A DNA stretch of 64,000 bases, taken from positions 786,047 to 850,046 of the forward strand of contig NMRA01000116.1 of NCBI GenBank assembly GCA_002633005.1, written 5' to 3'. The notes beneath the pieces are model-generated. The model saw only the letters and a program-made list of their open reading frames with translations, was not told where the DNA came from and did no database searches. Every line of letters starts with the position of its first letter. Position 1 is the stretch's first letter. Made by a program: the position numbers and the translations under genes. Positions 1 through 15,000 of the stretch are shown piece by piece. This stretch comes from Phoronis australis (lineage: Eukaryota; Animalia; Phoronida).

Positions 1-1517
1 ATTTTTATTGACTAAATGCAAAAATTTCTCCTAAAATTCATTATATCATTGTGCTATGAAAAGCCCATGTCACAAATATAGTGTTTGTGCCATGTACCAT
101 TTCTATTTGTAACATGGCACAACTCAAAAAATCTCACATGGAACATTCAAATGTCACATGTGAGAATGCAATGTTCCATGTGAGAAATGCCCTTTGTCAC
201 ATGGAACGTGAGTTTTCAAACGTTAATTACAGCTAATTAAAAGCTCATTTTGCCAAAGTAAATTTTGAAATGACATCACAACTAAAAAGACTATCTATTG
301 CACCCACTTTCAATTGAATTGAGTGAAAAAAATTTTTGAGACTTTGTGAAAATCTCATATTATTTTGGAATGCGTTAAAAGAAAATGACTTTTGTATTAA
401 CAGACACAGGGCTTCAGGTAGAAACGTTGCGTATTACCATTTGCTTTATGTTTTGCAAATCAAAAGGTTGGTGTAATAAGAATAACTAATAAAGCAACTT
501 GTGTGCTATTCTGACATCGTCATATGGTTTGATAGTTGCCGATAATTTTGTACTTTCGACAACAATTCTGACCTTGTTGTGTCATGTGCAAATCACGAGC
601 CCACTGCAAATTACATCAGAGTGTAGTCTCGACATTTGTGTGTGAGAGTTGGCTGTGGGAACTCTGTTGATTGTCGTCTGGACTGGAACAGTTGAATTGA
701 ACTATTTTGCCTGTAACAGGGTCAAGGGGCTTTAAGTGGTGTTATTAAAGGGCAGATTTCTGTAATTTGGGACTATAAATTTTTGTCAAAGATATGTGTG
801 TTGAACAAGTTTTGGTTATAATATTTAAAGTGGCATAAAAGGTGAAAAACGCACTAAATTGCATTATCCAAAGTGGTTTTCTGCCACTGAAATAAGTTCA
901 CCAGCTATTTTTAAGATTTGTTTGTAAAGATTTTGAATTTCTTTTGATGTCAAAGCATATTTCATTTGGTTTCAAATTCCAAAAAACGATCTGTCAAGTG
1001 CTTGTCACTTCATCGATTTTTCTCCCAAAAGGCAAAGCACATCTCCTCGTTTGGTAAGGCAAAACATATGTTAGACATTTCCCTTGATGGAAAATGTGGC
1101 CTTTGCTGTTAACAAAATAATGGCCAATCTGTCGATTTTTTTCTCGAAATTGGATAATTCCAATGTTAGCATCCTCAAGGAGCCGATTTACCATGATCTG
1201 TTTAAAATGTATTTTTATGAGTTTTTGCGTTCCATGTCTCTTTCAACTCTAGAACATTACAAATTTCTTTGAAAACTTTAATTTCCTAAGCTGGTGCAGA
1301 AACACCAGGCGGTGTGGGAACTTCTGACATACTTACTAGTAAACGCCTAAGATTGACTTTAATTTTTGAACTGTGTAACTTCAAAAAAAGAAATTGATTT
1401 TTACATCCTAATTTCAGCTGATTACTATACATTGTTCTGTGTGTGTTGAAATAAGTGGATGTGTTCAAAAGTTGTATTTTCTAACAAAATCATTATTTGG
1501 TTGTTTGGTCTCACTAG

Positions 1518-4500
1518 ATGGACCATTCGGGCCCGTGTGACACAGAAGTCCGGCATCCGTACTTGGAGTAACTCTCGTGGAGAGGGTAAGCTGTTCTCTA
1601 TGAACCTGTTGGATGAGAGTGGAGAGATTAGAGCCACAGCTTTTACTCAAGAGGTAGACAAGTGGTACGACAAGCTCGAAGTGAATAAGGTAACGAGGTC
1701 TTCAGGAGAGATGTTACTGTCAGTAGGTTACACCATCAGTTTCAGACTTAGTTTGCCCTATACATTGCGGAAAACTTATTGTTTAGTGAAAAGTGTCATT
1801 GTATTGGAGAAGAATCTACATGAAGGGGTCTTCTCACAGGCATTGTACGGCCATGCATATTTTGACCTCACTGCAATTTTTTTATCACTGCAAGATATTT
1901 TAAATTTTTTTGTAGCAGTGGCTTATTAACTCCGAATCTGTTGACAAAAGCTGAAAATTGGGCATGCAAAATGTTTTCAGAACTCAGTTCATGAACTTGA
2001 CGAAAGTGATGTTCGTGGTTATCATTATTACATTATGACATTGTTTTGTTATTGTGACGTCTATCGTACTGTTCCAGATATACTACATCACTAAAGGTAC
2101 AATTAAACCAGCTAACAAACAGTACACTTCACTCAAGCATGAGTATGAGATGACCCTAAACAGGGAGACGCAAATTGAGGCATGTGATGAGACTGTCGAC
2201 TTGCCGTCCATCAAGTTTGAGTTTGTCCCTATCAACACACTGGGAGACAAACAGCCTAACACTATGATCGGTATGTGCTACTTACTGAAGTATAGGAAAC
2301 AGTTACTATGAAAAATTTTCACCTTCTGCAAGGTTTATTTTTGGCATGGGCATAGTTCATGAGCATATTAAAGTTTACTGAGGTGCGTTTTGACAGAGTA
2401 TTTATTCAATAGCACAAAGGTCACCTGTTCATGTTCAAATGTAATGGGAATTGATGCACTACACGAATGTCACAAGAATCACGCCTCTTCAGAGCGTAGA
2501 ACAGAAATCTACAGATAACGATTTTATACATCACTTTTAGTCAAGAGCCTAATGAGCATAATGGAATCCAAACGATGATTTTTGGCAGAAATGCTGAACG
2601 TAATTCTTAAATCCGAGTAAAGTGAGCATTTTAACAAGAAGTGTTTTTGCGTCTTCTACTTCACTTAAGTCACACATGTTAGTTATGCATAGCATGTGTA
2701 TCTTTAAACAAGCTTTATTGGCAAATGCACGGGCAGCAGGAATTCTCTAAGATGAATCCTGTGTCTGTATTGGCTTAAGGTTTATTTCATCAATGCGTCT
2801 TTCGTAGATGTCATCGGCGTGGTACGTCACACTAGTGACGTCACATCCATCACCACTAAGAAAGACAACCGCGAAGTGAAAAAGCGTGACATTGAACTAG
2901 TTGACCAGACCACCCACATGGTTCGCCTCACACTATGGGGAAATGAGGTAACATGATTACTGATTGGTCAACAACCCATGATATACAGTCTTCAGTTGTT
3001 CAATTATAAATGCCAAATCAATTCAGTTTCTTGACAATGTTAAGTTGCTAGTTGAATACATTGAGTAGTATGGGCTAGTACAGAGTCCCATGCTATTTCA
3101 TTATCCAAAGGCGAAAGGGATGAAGTAATGGTAGGTGTCGTTTCGCGTGTCTGTGTATGCGTCCATGTAGAGAAATGTTCTGAGCTCTACTCTCGTTTCA
3201 CATCAGATGTCGACCAGGTGTTCAAAAAGATTTATGTACAAAGTACCACAGTGCCTTTGCTGGCCACCTAGTCATATAACAATCATGTGTTTTATATGAT
3301 TTAAAAAATTAGTTTATCTCATGTTGTTGACGTTTTGTAAATCAACCATATTTCTGTGAATTATGATCCATTCTGGATTTTCACGCATACTTGTAGGGAA
3401 ACGTTCTTTTGCGTGCAGCACCAACATTTCTTTCTAGATCTTGACTTAGGTTCAGGGGATGTATAATCGTGAAGTGGTCTAGCACACTTTGTCAGTGTTT
3501 TTGCGATTCGATCGTATTTTGTTGACATCTGCGGTGTTTTGCGATTTGTTTGTATTTCCTTGAATTAAATACAGGAGGTATCAGTTCCTGTGTTACACAC
3601 TTCGTAATCTCTCCTTCACTTGAAAAAAGCTAATGTACATACTTCTCGATCAAGAAATATTGCAACTCGGCTGTTTGCATTTATCAAAATTACCAATGCA
3701 TGGTTTTATATCTTGTTTCAATCTCTAAGGCCATTTTGAAGGAATAACTGGTTTGTAGCACACTTTCAGAATATGTCGACAATTGTGCATCGTGAAACCC
3801 GTTTGATTTCTTGTGATATTTTAAGACCGGCATTAGTATTTGTAAAAATCATGAGAATTCATATGCTTGACGTAAATTTCGACCTGGAGTTTGTTGTTGG
3901 AATAGACTATCACTGTATTCTAAATGAGGGCATCTCGGTGGTTTTTGTATTGACGGGAACAACAACGAGCTGTGATTGGCCTGTAATAATAACTTCAACA
4001 GGTTATTGGATTACACAGACCCACTTGCAGTCGTTATTTGTTATACCCTGGTGACCTTCCAGCAAGAGAGTAAAAATTTTTTCAGTGCCTAAATGTGCTG
4101 GGTAAATTCAAAATGGTCAAAAAGTTTATTGCAAAATGTGAATTGACTAACAAGTTCTAGTATCTAATTCTCTTTGCTTTTTATTTTTGTAATTTGTTAT
4201 GTAAAGCGGTAATACACATACATTCCGTCAAGGAAGCAAACATTTGATTCAGACCAGTGACTGCTTTAAAACTGATCTCAATATGTTCACAACTTAGATA
4301 AGTTGCATTTTCTTCGATTGGAAAAAAATGACAGTGCATTATCGCTTGAGTCCATGCTCGGTGCATGAAATGGCATTCCGTAACAAGTCAATATGAATAG
4401 CCTGGTCTCAAGTAATGACAAATTCAATTCTTTACATGCCTTAAATCATCTCTATTTTATAATGGTTAGTAGTCTTAAATCAGAAGTCAGTTTTTGTTAC

Positions 4501-7500
4501 AGAAAGTTGATTTCTAACCACTACAGCTAAATATGATTGTGTTACATGTGATTTGTTGTTTTTAGGACTTCCTGTGGACACTGCCATCTGTTGTACGCAC
4601 GTGCTCATGATAAAGTGTTTGTATTGTAGGCCGAGACATTTGATGGTAGTTCACACCCTGTTATGGCTGTAAAGGGAGTTAGGCTCTCTGACTTTGGAGG
4701 TAATATTACAATAAAGACCTACCCTAGTAATGCATCACAATGGTGGTCAGATCTTTTCCTGATGTGATTACAGTCACACACAAATAGTTAATGAGAAGTT
4801 ATCAGTGTAATGCGTTTTACAAAAGTTATTGTCCAACTTAAAATCTGAAAACTATAATTTGGGAAAAAACACGACAAACCAATATGTAAACCTTTCAGCA
4901 AAACATTTTAGAAATAGATAATTTGTCTTTGTTTCCCATCTTGGCATCATTCTCTTGCAGCCAGCTGCCTATGGGTCTGTTTCGTGAAAAGTGACATAAA
5001 ACTCAAGGCAAAAATTTGGTCTTTCGCTGCACATAACTATCTCTGAAAAATAATTAATACTCACTTTAAGTAAAAGAACGAAGTATCTGAGAATATTGTT
5101 AACTGTGCAGTTACTTACTGACAACATTTTTACATATTATTTCCAGGCAGTGATGTCTCTCTATGTGACTAAATCTTTATTTGGTAGTTGTGAGGTGGGA
5201 GCATAGGACCCAATTTCTGTCTACGTCTGTTTTTTTTTTCATGACACAAACCCTAGTTGTATAGGGAGTCATGTTCTGTGTAGGTTGTGCATGAATAAAG
5301 AAAATCTGCTGACTCCACTTCTGTTTATTGAATTGGAGTTCTGGAATGACCATTGTTAAACTTGCTTGGTTTAGTTGGTATCCCCTAAAGTTTATATAAA
5401 CCAGAACGTAGGATGAGTTTGTGGTCACACGGTTTTGCTCACAAATGTATTTACAGGCCGTTCACTGTCAACAATCGCCAGTAGTCAGGTGATACTGAAC
5501 CCTGACATGGAGGAGAGCCACCAACTGAGGGGCTGGTTTGACTCGGTTGGACACACCTTGGACTTCAACACGTTCTACAATGAAGGACAAGGCTCGGGTG
5601 GTGGTAAGATTACTGTGGTTATTCTTGCCAGATCGGTCCTGGCTGTTAATCCGTGAGTTCATGATTTCTATTCCGACGTTGTCATCATGTTATTTTTAAG
5701 GGATATTTGTTGTTGGATGAATCTGCAGTGTCTATGTCTCTTATTTAATTAGCCTGTTTATTATGGTCTGTGAAGTGGTTTCTTTTGGATCCGTAACGTT
5801 GAGAAATAGTGTTGTAAGATCATGAGATGTGCCTGTGAGGTTGACCCAGTTTTTATTGCTAAACTAATTTCATTTGTGACTGTTTCAGGCTCTTTGTCAA
5901 ACTGGAAGATGTTTGCTGATGTTCTGGATGAAAACCTTGGGCACAATGAGAAGCCAGACTATTTTACTACCAAAGGAACGGTAGCTTTCATTAAGAAGGA
6001 GAATTGCATGTACACAGTGAGTGACAGCAGTGCTACGCCCCCTAGTGGTAGATTTGATTGGATTTTGTTTTGCCAAACCATTTTGAGTGATCTTTGTGAA
6101 ATTTAGTAGGTATGTTTTAGCAAAGATAAATTGGTAATCGCCAATTTTCGAACAAATCCTTCAAGTGCTGTGTTGTGAGAATACTTCTGTCCCTGTTGTC
6201 ATGTACCAAACCGTTAATAAGTGAAATTCACTAGCTGTTTTTATCAATGAGGGGGTTCCCTTGTGAATTGTCAGACTGGCGCGCCACAGAACCTTTCAAG
6301 AGCTAAGATGTCCAAAATTTGACTGCATTCTTTTATTTACATGCAAATTTAATTATTAGATTGTGGCTAGATAATTGACTCACAAGTCCTAATTTTATTC
6401 AATTTCTGCTATCAATATTTTCTGCACTTGACTCGGAAGTAAAGCTTACATGTACAAATTAAGCAAATTAGGCCAATGCCAGGGCGTGAAAAGTAGCATA
6501 TAATGAAGAGTGTTTTTGAAGGCCTATGGCAAACGAGTTGGAATGATTCATGATGCAAATGACCTTAAATACTTTGGTTACAATGAACTACCGTAACGTA
6601 CAGTGGCATTTCAACTCTATTGCTCTTTTAATTTGACATGTACTGATTAACGGCCGTCTCTGTCCCACTAGGCCTGCCCTTCAGCAGATTGTAACAAAAA
6701 GCTCGTCGACAATGGGAATGGAACATTCAGGTGTGAAAAGTGTAACAAAGAGTTCGATGAGTTCAAATGGAGAATGATCCTGCAGGTGAGAGGACGAGCA
6801 AATTTTAGGTTTCGTTCGATTTCCTTTCACTCTCGTGATTCTGTGCATAAAATGAAAATGCAAATGAAAACTGGTAGCAAGCTTGGATGGAACTTTTTTG
6901 AAAACTTGTAAGTTGTGAGTGCCAGTCAATAACCATGTTCATTTGGGTAAGATTATGAGCAGTCCACGCAAAAACAATTTGTTGCAAAGTCTGCCTACAA
7001 CACGGACTTTTTATGCCACACAAAAATTCAAGATCGACCTAACTTCTTGAAATTGTGCCTGTCTACGGGGAACATTAGTTGGACCGCTGAACTGATGTTC
7101 CTGGTAAGCTTGACTAACTGTTGTAGCCCTGTGTAATGCAGGTACTTTGTGATACGACGAACTCTTGTAAGATTGGAGTCGCAGTCGTAATTGTTTTTAT
7201 TTCACCATGGAAATAGTACAGTCATGTACAATTTAAAGCATTATCAAATAAAGCATTATCAAACATTGTGTGAAAAATCTTAAAACATTCATGTGAGGTA
7301 ACCAAGAAAGGTTACAGATGGAGATGCCGTCTAATGAAGGTGTTTGCATTGGTGACATCTTATTTCTTTGTCATAAAAGGTATCTTGTCTTGTGTGCAAG
7401 CTGGCGGTGAATTCTTCCTGCGGCAGCAGTTATAACTTGCTGGCTTGTTTCAGATCAATCTGGTGGATTGCTCCGGATCACAGTGGGTAACATGCTTTCA

Positions 7501-8515
7501 AGAGTCAGCTGAAGCAATATTGGGGGTGCCTGCTAACCAACTTGGGGAAATGAAGTCTTCAGTAAGTGTTGGATACTATATTCTGTACACAATTTTAATG
7601 AAAGAATTACTTACTTATATAAACTAAGCCACTTTTCACTTTGCGTAATAATTCTTTCTCTTTAACAGGATGAAGCTATGTTTGACAAGGTGATGTCAGA
7701 AGCCACATTCAAGCAGTTTGTGTTCAGACTGAGGGCCAAGACGGAAAGTTATAACGTAAGCTTGGGCAGTTATCTGTGTTTAGTCAGGACTTTGAGACTA
7801 AGGTTCTTCTAGTCGTATCTGTGTTCTGATTAGCCTAAAATGATATACTGGTTTCAAAGAAACTTCGAGAGGTTGCGAGTGGACCTTGGACCATATAGTT
7901 CTGGAGTTAAGTGGATGCCATCACCAATTCACCATACATTTAGATGCAAAGTAGTGTTACGTGAGAATATTGCGTTCCTTAATTATGATTACGCAAGTTC
8001 CATACGAGTCGGGCAATATGGAGCCTGCAAGTTCTGGCTTATAAACCAATCCGATATCTTTCCCAGTTGACCCCACTGGACTGGCGCAGTGAACCAAGGG
8101 TACCCATTGTAGCCTGCATTGGTGCATATGCGGAATCGCGTCATAGGGGGAGTTGCAGTGCTTTGGTAGAATTTACACAGGACTACTTTTTAGATTTCCA
8201 TTTTCAGGTAGATGTACAGATTGATAACGCTATAGATTAATTTTCTTTTAAAACCCAATTTAAGGGAAGTGCGACAATTTGGAAAACCTTATGGGCCATC
8301 TTACTTTACAGGCTATACCACTTGTCTGCCTACAGTCTTCATTCAATATTAAAGCATTCATTTAATTTGAATCTTTTTTTAAAAATAATTTCCGACCTAA
8401 TTAACTTCAGGACGAAGAGCGGTTGAAAGTTATTTGTGTGAGCGCCTCCCCTGTCAACTTCTTGGAGTACAATGCCAGACTCCTGCAAGACATCGAGACG
8501 TTAACGCAGTCATAG
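1518..8515 (+). CDS. RPA1: Replication protein A 70-kDa subunit, 5'-partial; exons 1518-1689, 2078-2270, 2808-2947, 4630-4699, 5457-5603, 5889-6016, 6672-6785, 7454-7561, 7669-7755, 8411-8515
   Basis: GT-AG exons join in phase. Peptides [42 protein letters not shown] (DBD-A), [16 protein letters not shown] (DBD-B) and the C4 zinc ribbon [10 protein letters not shown]...RCEKC (DBD-C) match RPA70. Stop TAG at 8513-8515; AATAAA at 8801. Confidence 0.96.
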
Positions 8516-9066
8516 ACGAACAGGTTGTCCTAAGAGGATTGGACTCTGTGAATGGAACGAAGCGTTAAAAACGCAAGACATTTGACAGCAGTACGACTGT
8601 GGTAAAGTCGTGACTACAGTGTTTGTTGTGTACTCATTGTCTGCTTCCAGGTCGTCGTAATTATCTTCCAAGTATTTAATATCGTGTTGGTTATTCAATT
8701 TAACATAGGTCAAGTGATGATAAAGAAATTATCCATGGCATACATTTGTGCTGTTTAGCTTCTATCGTGTCAAAACGATTTATTTTGTACATAATGCTTG
8801 AATAAACTAGATATTAACCAACGTGTTATCATCATACATTTTTAGTTCAGAACACAATACTTTTAATTAATGGTGCCACCTTCTCTATTATTCACATTCT
8901 CTTTATCAACAGTATAGAGAATAATTAAAATTATAGCAAATAAATCCAGGGTGAGACTTGACTAGTGGCCTTGTACTCAGTATGACCAATGGTGTCTGGC
9001 AACCGATGTCCTTCCCCAGCCTGTAGTGTCACTTAGTGTTTTTGGCATTTCTGGCTGCATAAAGGT

Positions 9067-12000
9067 CTAGCTCTTCTGTTCAGTTGGGCGTATCAGTATA
9101 TCGTGTACCTGAAACGGACGCGAGTTAACATTTGAGATGCAGTACACCCGACAATTTGCATTAGAGTCTATTATGTAAATGGTTAAAAGTCAATGATTTT
9201 TTCTTCAAATCTTATGAACACGATACCCGATTTGTCTGGTGCACTAATGTAGAGTATTTTTCATTTTGCAGATATATAAACCAAATTACATTCACCTTAC
9301 ATAGTCGTTGAACTAGATTATTGATTATTAATAATTCAAACTAGAACCTGTCTGACTACTAGTCAATTAATTTTAAAAAAACTTCAAAGAGGTGTCTAAC
9401 GGAACATACAAGATAAGTTGTCACTTGGTAAAGACAGTTGAACATAATCGTGCATTAAAAATGTCACAAGCTAGATATTAAATACACTTCAGTTTTATTG
9501 AGGACAATATGTGCGTCTACCCAGTGCAAGGTGTTTGACTGTACAAAGGAAACTCCCTGCGTTTAGAAGCGAAACTACCAGGTATATACAACACGCTTTA
9601 GCAAACTTTTAAGTAAATAATTATGTATGTGCCCAAATACATGCGTCTACAGTATATGAAATATTGAGGAAGTGCCTGTAAACGTCTTGGGACAAAGAAG
9701 CTAGCTTTTGATCCAGTAACCGCTATAAATCTGGTACCAACTGTTCCTTATAATCAGGTCTAGAGATTCCTAGGATTCAGATCGGATAATTCATTATATC
9801 TCCAGACAAGACTGTACAAGTTGGCATGTCTCGGTGTAGCAGTTTACGGTGGAGTGTGGTCACAATAAATAAGTATCTCAGTTTTCGGTGGTCACCTTTG
9901 AGACATATATTTATTGAAATATATACATATGGCCATAAGCCCAACATATAACATATACATTGTCAGGGGCGTAATAGAGTGGATAGTACATGGTGACACT
10001 TGAAAGCATGGTGGGTGAATTTTATAAGCAAGGTATCCGCAATTCTCATGAGAAATTCAAAGAAGAATGACACAAGCAATCACTAAAAGCAATGAACCCG
10101 ACGGCCTTGATACCCAATGCAAACTAACACAACGTGGTATTTGTCCCCTACAGATCCCGAATTATATAACTTGCAAAACCTATTTAAAAAAGATGAACCC
10201 AATTTAAAAATCATGTATTTCTTGCGCACAACATGTTGTAAGTACACAATGTACAAACGATTATACCAGCTTTCTATATGTAGTTGATGCTTGATACACA
10301 AAGAATACCAGGAGCGTCGCAATAGTTCGTGGTTGCAGTGACAAAGCAAATTCATAGGGTCCATCATTTCTAAACACTTACACGTAATTATTTCACAAAA
10401 TGTCGACAAGTATACGAACCTCCACATGTGCTGGTAGACTGAGCATATAGAGTATGGAGTCGGCTATATCTCGGGGCTTCAGACACTGAAACAATATAAC
10501 CAGGACTGTTTTCAATGCAATTCTGCATGAAACACAACATACACAAGGTCACTTTCAATGAAATTCTGCAACACATTCACTCAGTTTTGTTTATACCAAG
10601 CATTCTCTTACGAAATACCAGTTTTGCTAGGGCCATGCCACACACGTTAGTTTAATGCGCATACCTAAAAGCCACAAAGACATTCTAGTGTTAAAAACAT
10701 CAGCATTTCTTCATAGGGGCATTTGCTCTCACACAGCAATGCCATCACATTCTTATTGACTGCTCTGTCAGGAAACCTGATTGTTTCAAAATGGAAGATT
10801 TCTATCTTGCTGGCAACTTCCTTAATGCGGGTGGATTTGGCCAGCAGACCACATGTTAATAAAAAACTCGGTTTCCTGTTTCAACCATAATCGGACAAAA
10901 GGCACAGATTTACCATCCTTTTAAAGAAGGGACTTCTTGATTTTCAGACAAAAAACTTTGGATACAGAGTACAAGCATTAATTCAATGTCAACCATCCCC
11001 CTTATTTCATGGGTAATGGATGAAAAAACCCCAGCCAGGTAGAGTTTTGTAGTCGCAAGAATCCTGCTAAAAAAGTTAGAGTAATCACATGCTTCACATG
11101 CAATACATGGCGATATCTTCTGAAGTCTTGCAAGACTTTACTTTTGTCACAAAAAACTAGGTCTGCGGAACATACACCAGGATTCACCCAGCAGGGTTAC
11201 AGAGATGAGTGTGACCATGGTGAACTCTGGATAGTATCAGAAACAGGCACCCAGTATGATAGTAACTAATGGAACATAGCCGTAACATCACAAGATCTCT
11301 CAATGTTTGAACTTCTTTAGGAGCACACAGTACAATACTAGCATAACATGCACCTGTTTGAAACTGGACATTAACTTCTTTACTTGTTCGGGATTGTCTG
11401 GGTTGGCCACATGATGAAACTGCGTCTCGACAAAGCCGGGGCTGATCTCCTGAAGAATAAATACAAGAGCAACACATGTCAACATTAATTTTTTCCATGA
11501 CTGTCAGATCCATTCAAAAATCAGTTTCACTTGTACTCTCCCCATTGAGAACACACAGGTCATTTCATGAAGATTCATCCAAGAGACGGTACCCAAATTT
11601 AGCCAAATGTGGTCTCGCAAATCCTTCACAACTAAACGTGATGTACAAGTGAAGCATCATTCCTGCACTATTCCATGGATACAAAACCCATGAAGTGATT
11701 CAGGATCCTCTGCAAGTTTCTGGATTTCCGTATGTACACAACTTTATAACAGTTTTACCAACTCTAAACAAATTGAGAATCGTACACGAAATGATCAGTA
11801 TCAGGTAAAGCTAATCAAATGTACAGCACCACAAAAATGAATACACTTCCCTCCAGAGGGAAGTCCACCCGAAGTCCCAACTGAATCGCAACACTGATGT
11901 AATGGAGAAATCAAAAGCACTCAATGGGTTTGTTCGTTGTCACACCTGATAATGAGGTCATAAATCTGCAACATAGCCCATGCTAAATGTCCACTCACAG

Positions 12001-15000
12001 ACACTCGTATTCCAGAGTTGAGAGACCGGAGTTCCCGCCTGGTTCCCTCAGTGAACGCTCTTACAGCGTGCTTGGTAGCGCTGTACATAGCTGACCTACC
12101 TGGAGGTATACGATATCCGGACATACTGAAAGTACAGTAAATGGAAACTAAACTGTAGACTGAAATGCTCAACTGTCATAACAAGAGTAATGCAGAGCAC
12201 TGAAATGTGCCCACGAACGCATCGCAAATGGTGTGCTTTTAGGGTTATTTATTTGTATCATAAAAATGGCCACTAGATGGCGCAAAACGTACAATCCATC
12301 AAGAAACTGGAACATGTCATATTTCATAAAAATGTGTCAAGAAACTTCAGAAAAACAAAGGAAAACGGAATAAAATGAAATGGCCACTTAAGTGGGCCAC
12401 AGTGTCCGTTGAATCCCTCTGAAAGTTGTTGAAATCTGTTGTTATCTTCATTACAAATACACTCACTAAATTTAATAAAGATCCTGCAGTGGGTTTAGGA
12501 GATACATCTATGGGCACAAAACAAAACTACCACTAGGAGGAGCCACAGTAGTCAGTCGCCATCATCAAACGTCGTCCCCTTTACACTGAAAACATATATG
12601 CCATTTTTTAAAACCATCCCTAGAATGATTTGGTTGATAGAAGGGTGGACGCCAAAAACAAGATTCGAAAACAGCAAAAATGGCCACCAGGCGGCGCAAA
12701 ATACCTCGATTCCATCCAAAAACAGAAGGATAGCGTCACCTCACCAATAGATGCCTATATTCAAAATTTTATGAAAATCTGTTGAGGACCTTTGAACATA
12801 CAGAGTTAAACGTAAAAAACTGAAATTGCCACTAGGGGGCACACCAGCAGTCAGATCCGTCCAAAAGTTGTCATATGAAAACACTTTCTAAATTTAGTAA
12901 AGATCCTGCGAACGGTTTAGGAGATACAGGCAAAGGCACAAAAAAAACCCACTACGACTAAGAGGCACCACAGTAGTTGAACTCCTTGGAAAATCATCAT
13001 CAGCCGTCCACTTCACAGCATGAACGTACATGCCAATTTTCATAACCATTCTTCGAGCGGTTTGGTTGATAGAGGGGTGGACGCAAAAAAACAGACTAAA
13101 AAACAGTAAAAATGGCCACTAGGTGGTGCAAACTATGCCGCATCCATCCAAAAACGGGAGAAGAACGTTATCTCACTAATACGTGCCTACATATGAAATT
13201 TTATGAAAATCCGTTGAGGACTTTTGAAGATACAGAGGTAAACGTAAAACACTTAAATTGCCACTAGAGGGCACACCGGAAGTCGGATCCGTTTGAAAGC
13301 TAGCTCATGCCGCCCCATTCATGTAAGGAAAACATGTGCAAAATTTCATGAACATACATCAAGGCGTTTTGGAGATAGAGCAGAGGACGCCGGACGGACG
13401 GCACAATGCGTCCACATATAAATATGTGGGTGCATAAAAATCATTCAATGAAACATGAAAACAAAGCAAGCCTTGACTGATATGCCCGTAGCTAGGGGGT
13501 GTGGCAGTTTAATGCACTCCTCACCAACAGTTAAAAACTACTGCCTCTTGAACTCAGAAAAAGGCTTTATAACAAGGAATAAAAAACGTGGACTTTTATA
13601 ACATTCACCTTGAGACATTTATAATGTGACCATCATCGACTTTTCGACTACGCATAGAGTTAATCGACTCTCTAGTGCACATACCGAGACCAAGAATATT
13701 GACCTGAAAAGAGAGATAACACTGAAAATATTACAGAGTCCAATTTTTTGTGTCAAGCCTGTCTGTGTTTTCGCCATGACCATGACACCATAAGAAGTGG
13801 AAATCTGAACTAAAACCTGCCCAATGGAGCTGACCAGTGTTTAGTTGATTAAAGTACAGCATTGTTTAGCGCAAGCAGGGTAAAATAGGAGTTCAGCAAC
13901 AGTTATGCACTCTCTTTTGATCATGACTACCACAATGTTGTAAATTGACAAATTGCCAGGATTTTGAGAGACGGCTTAACTGACCAATCAGAACGCAGCA
14001 TTCGTGACACACCTTCCTTTTCAAGATGCCATTTTACCCGACATGTTGCCCAGTAAAACTTATTGTTTGTCGACTTTTCCCAAGGAGGCGGATCTTGCGA
14101 TAGGTCAATTAGACGCTCAGTGGCTGTTCCAATGTAAACAAGAGGGGAGATAAGAACAATTTCACCCCTCATGTCATAAGAATTGGAACAAAATCTCATT
14201 CACTCATATACATTTCGTCTCCACAAAAGTGCACGCAAAGTTGGCAAACACTTTTTTCACTATTGGTGATTTAAGAGCAAGATATCCTTCTTGAGGATGA
14301 TTTACACACCTGTCCATTTTATATTTAATTTACCTGACACAACCAAACTTTTCGGAATATATAATTAGCATTCCGGGTCCAAAATGTGCAATGTTGATAT
14401 TTTCATTCATTAGCCAATGAAAGTCCCAGGAGTATTGGCTGAGACGTAAGCCGAGTCAGCTGAAGCTTACATTGAGCATTTGTTGCCAGATGGCTGTGGT
14501 GCCTTCAAGTATGGACTCGCTTGAGCTGAAGGCAGCGTTATTGATGCACACGTCCACACCACCTGTAGAGACAATATGAAATGGTCACGCACAAGTGGAG
14601 ACATCTGCAGTGCAAAAGCAACACCAACATAGACTTAAAATCACTTTGATGAATATTTTCTAAAGCACTTTTAAGAGAATTGCAATACATTGTAACCAAA
14701 TTATATTGTATTTAATTTGACCACGATGTTTCCTTTTTAATAATTTGAAAGCATTTATAGGTCTGTATAAATGTCACTCATATTGACAAGGTATCAGCAG
14801 CCATGCACCAAAAATTGCCCCCTTTTGCAGGGTAGTTTTTTTCTGCTCCACCTCCTTTTGTGAAGACGAAATAGAAATTTAGGGGACTATTGGACGCGCG
14901 TGGGTCCCTCAAAACTTGCTGAAAACTGAAGTACTGCCTACCTGCAATTTTTGGTCCACACCTGTGGACACCTTGTCAATATGAGTGACCCACCTGGGAA

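Noticed and set aside
60-210. Clustered TCACATG(TGA) palindromes
   Set aside because: Looks like a subterminal repeat relic; boundaries cannot be defined at the window edge.
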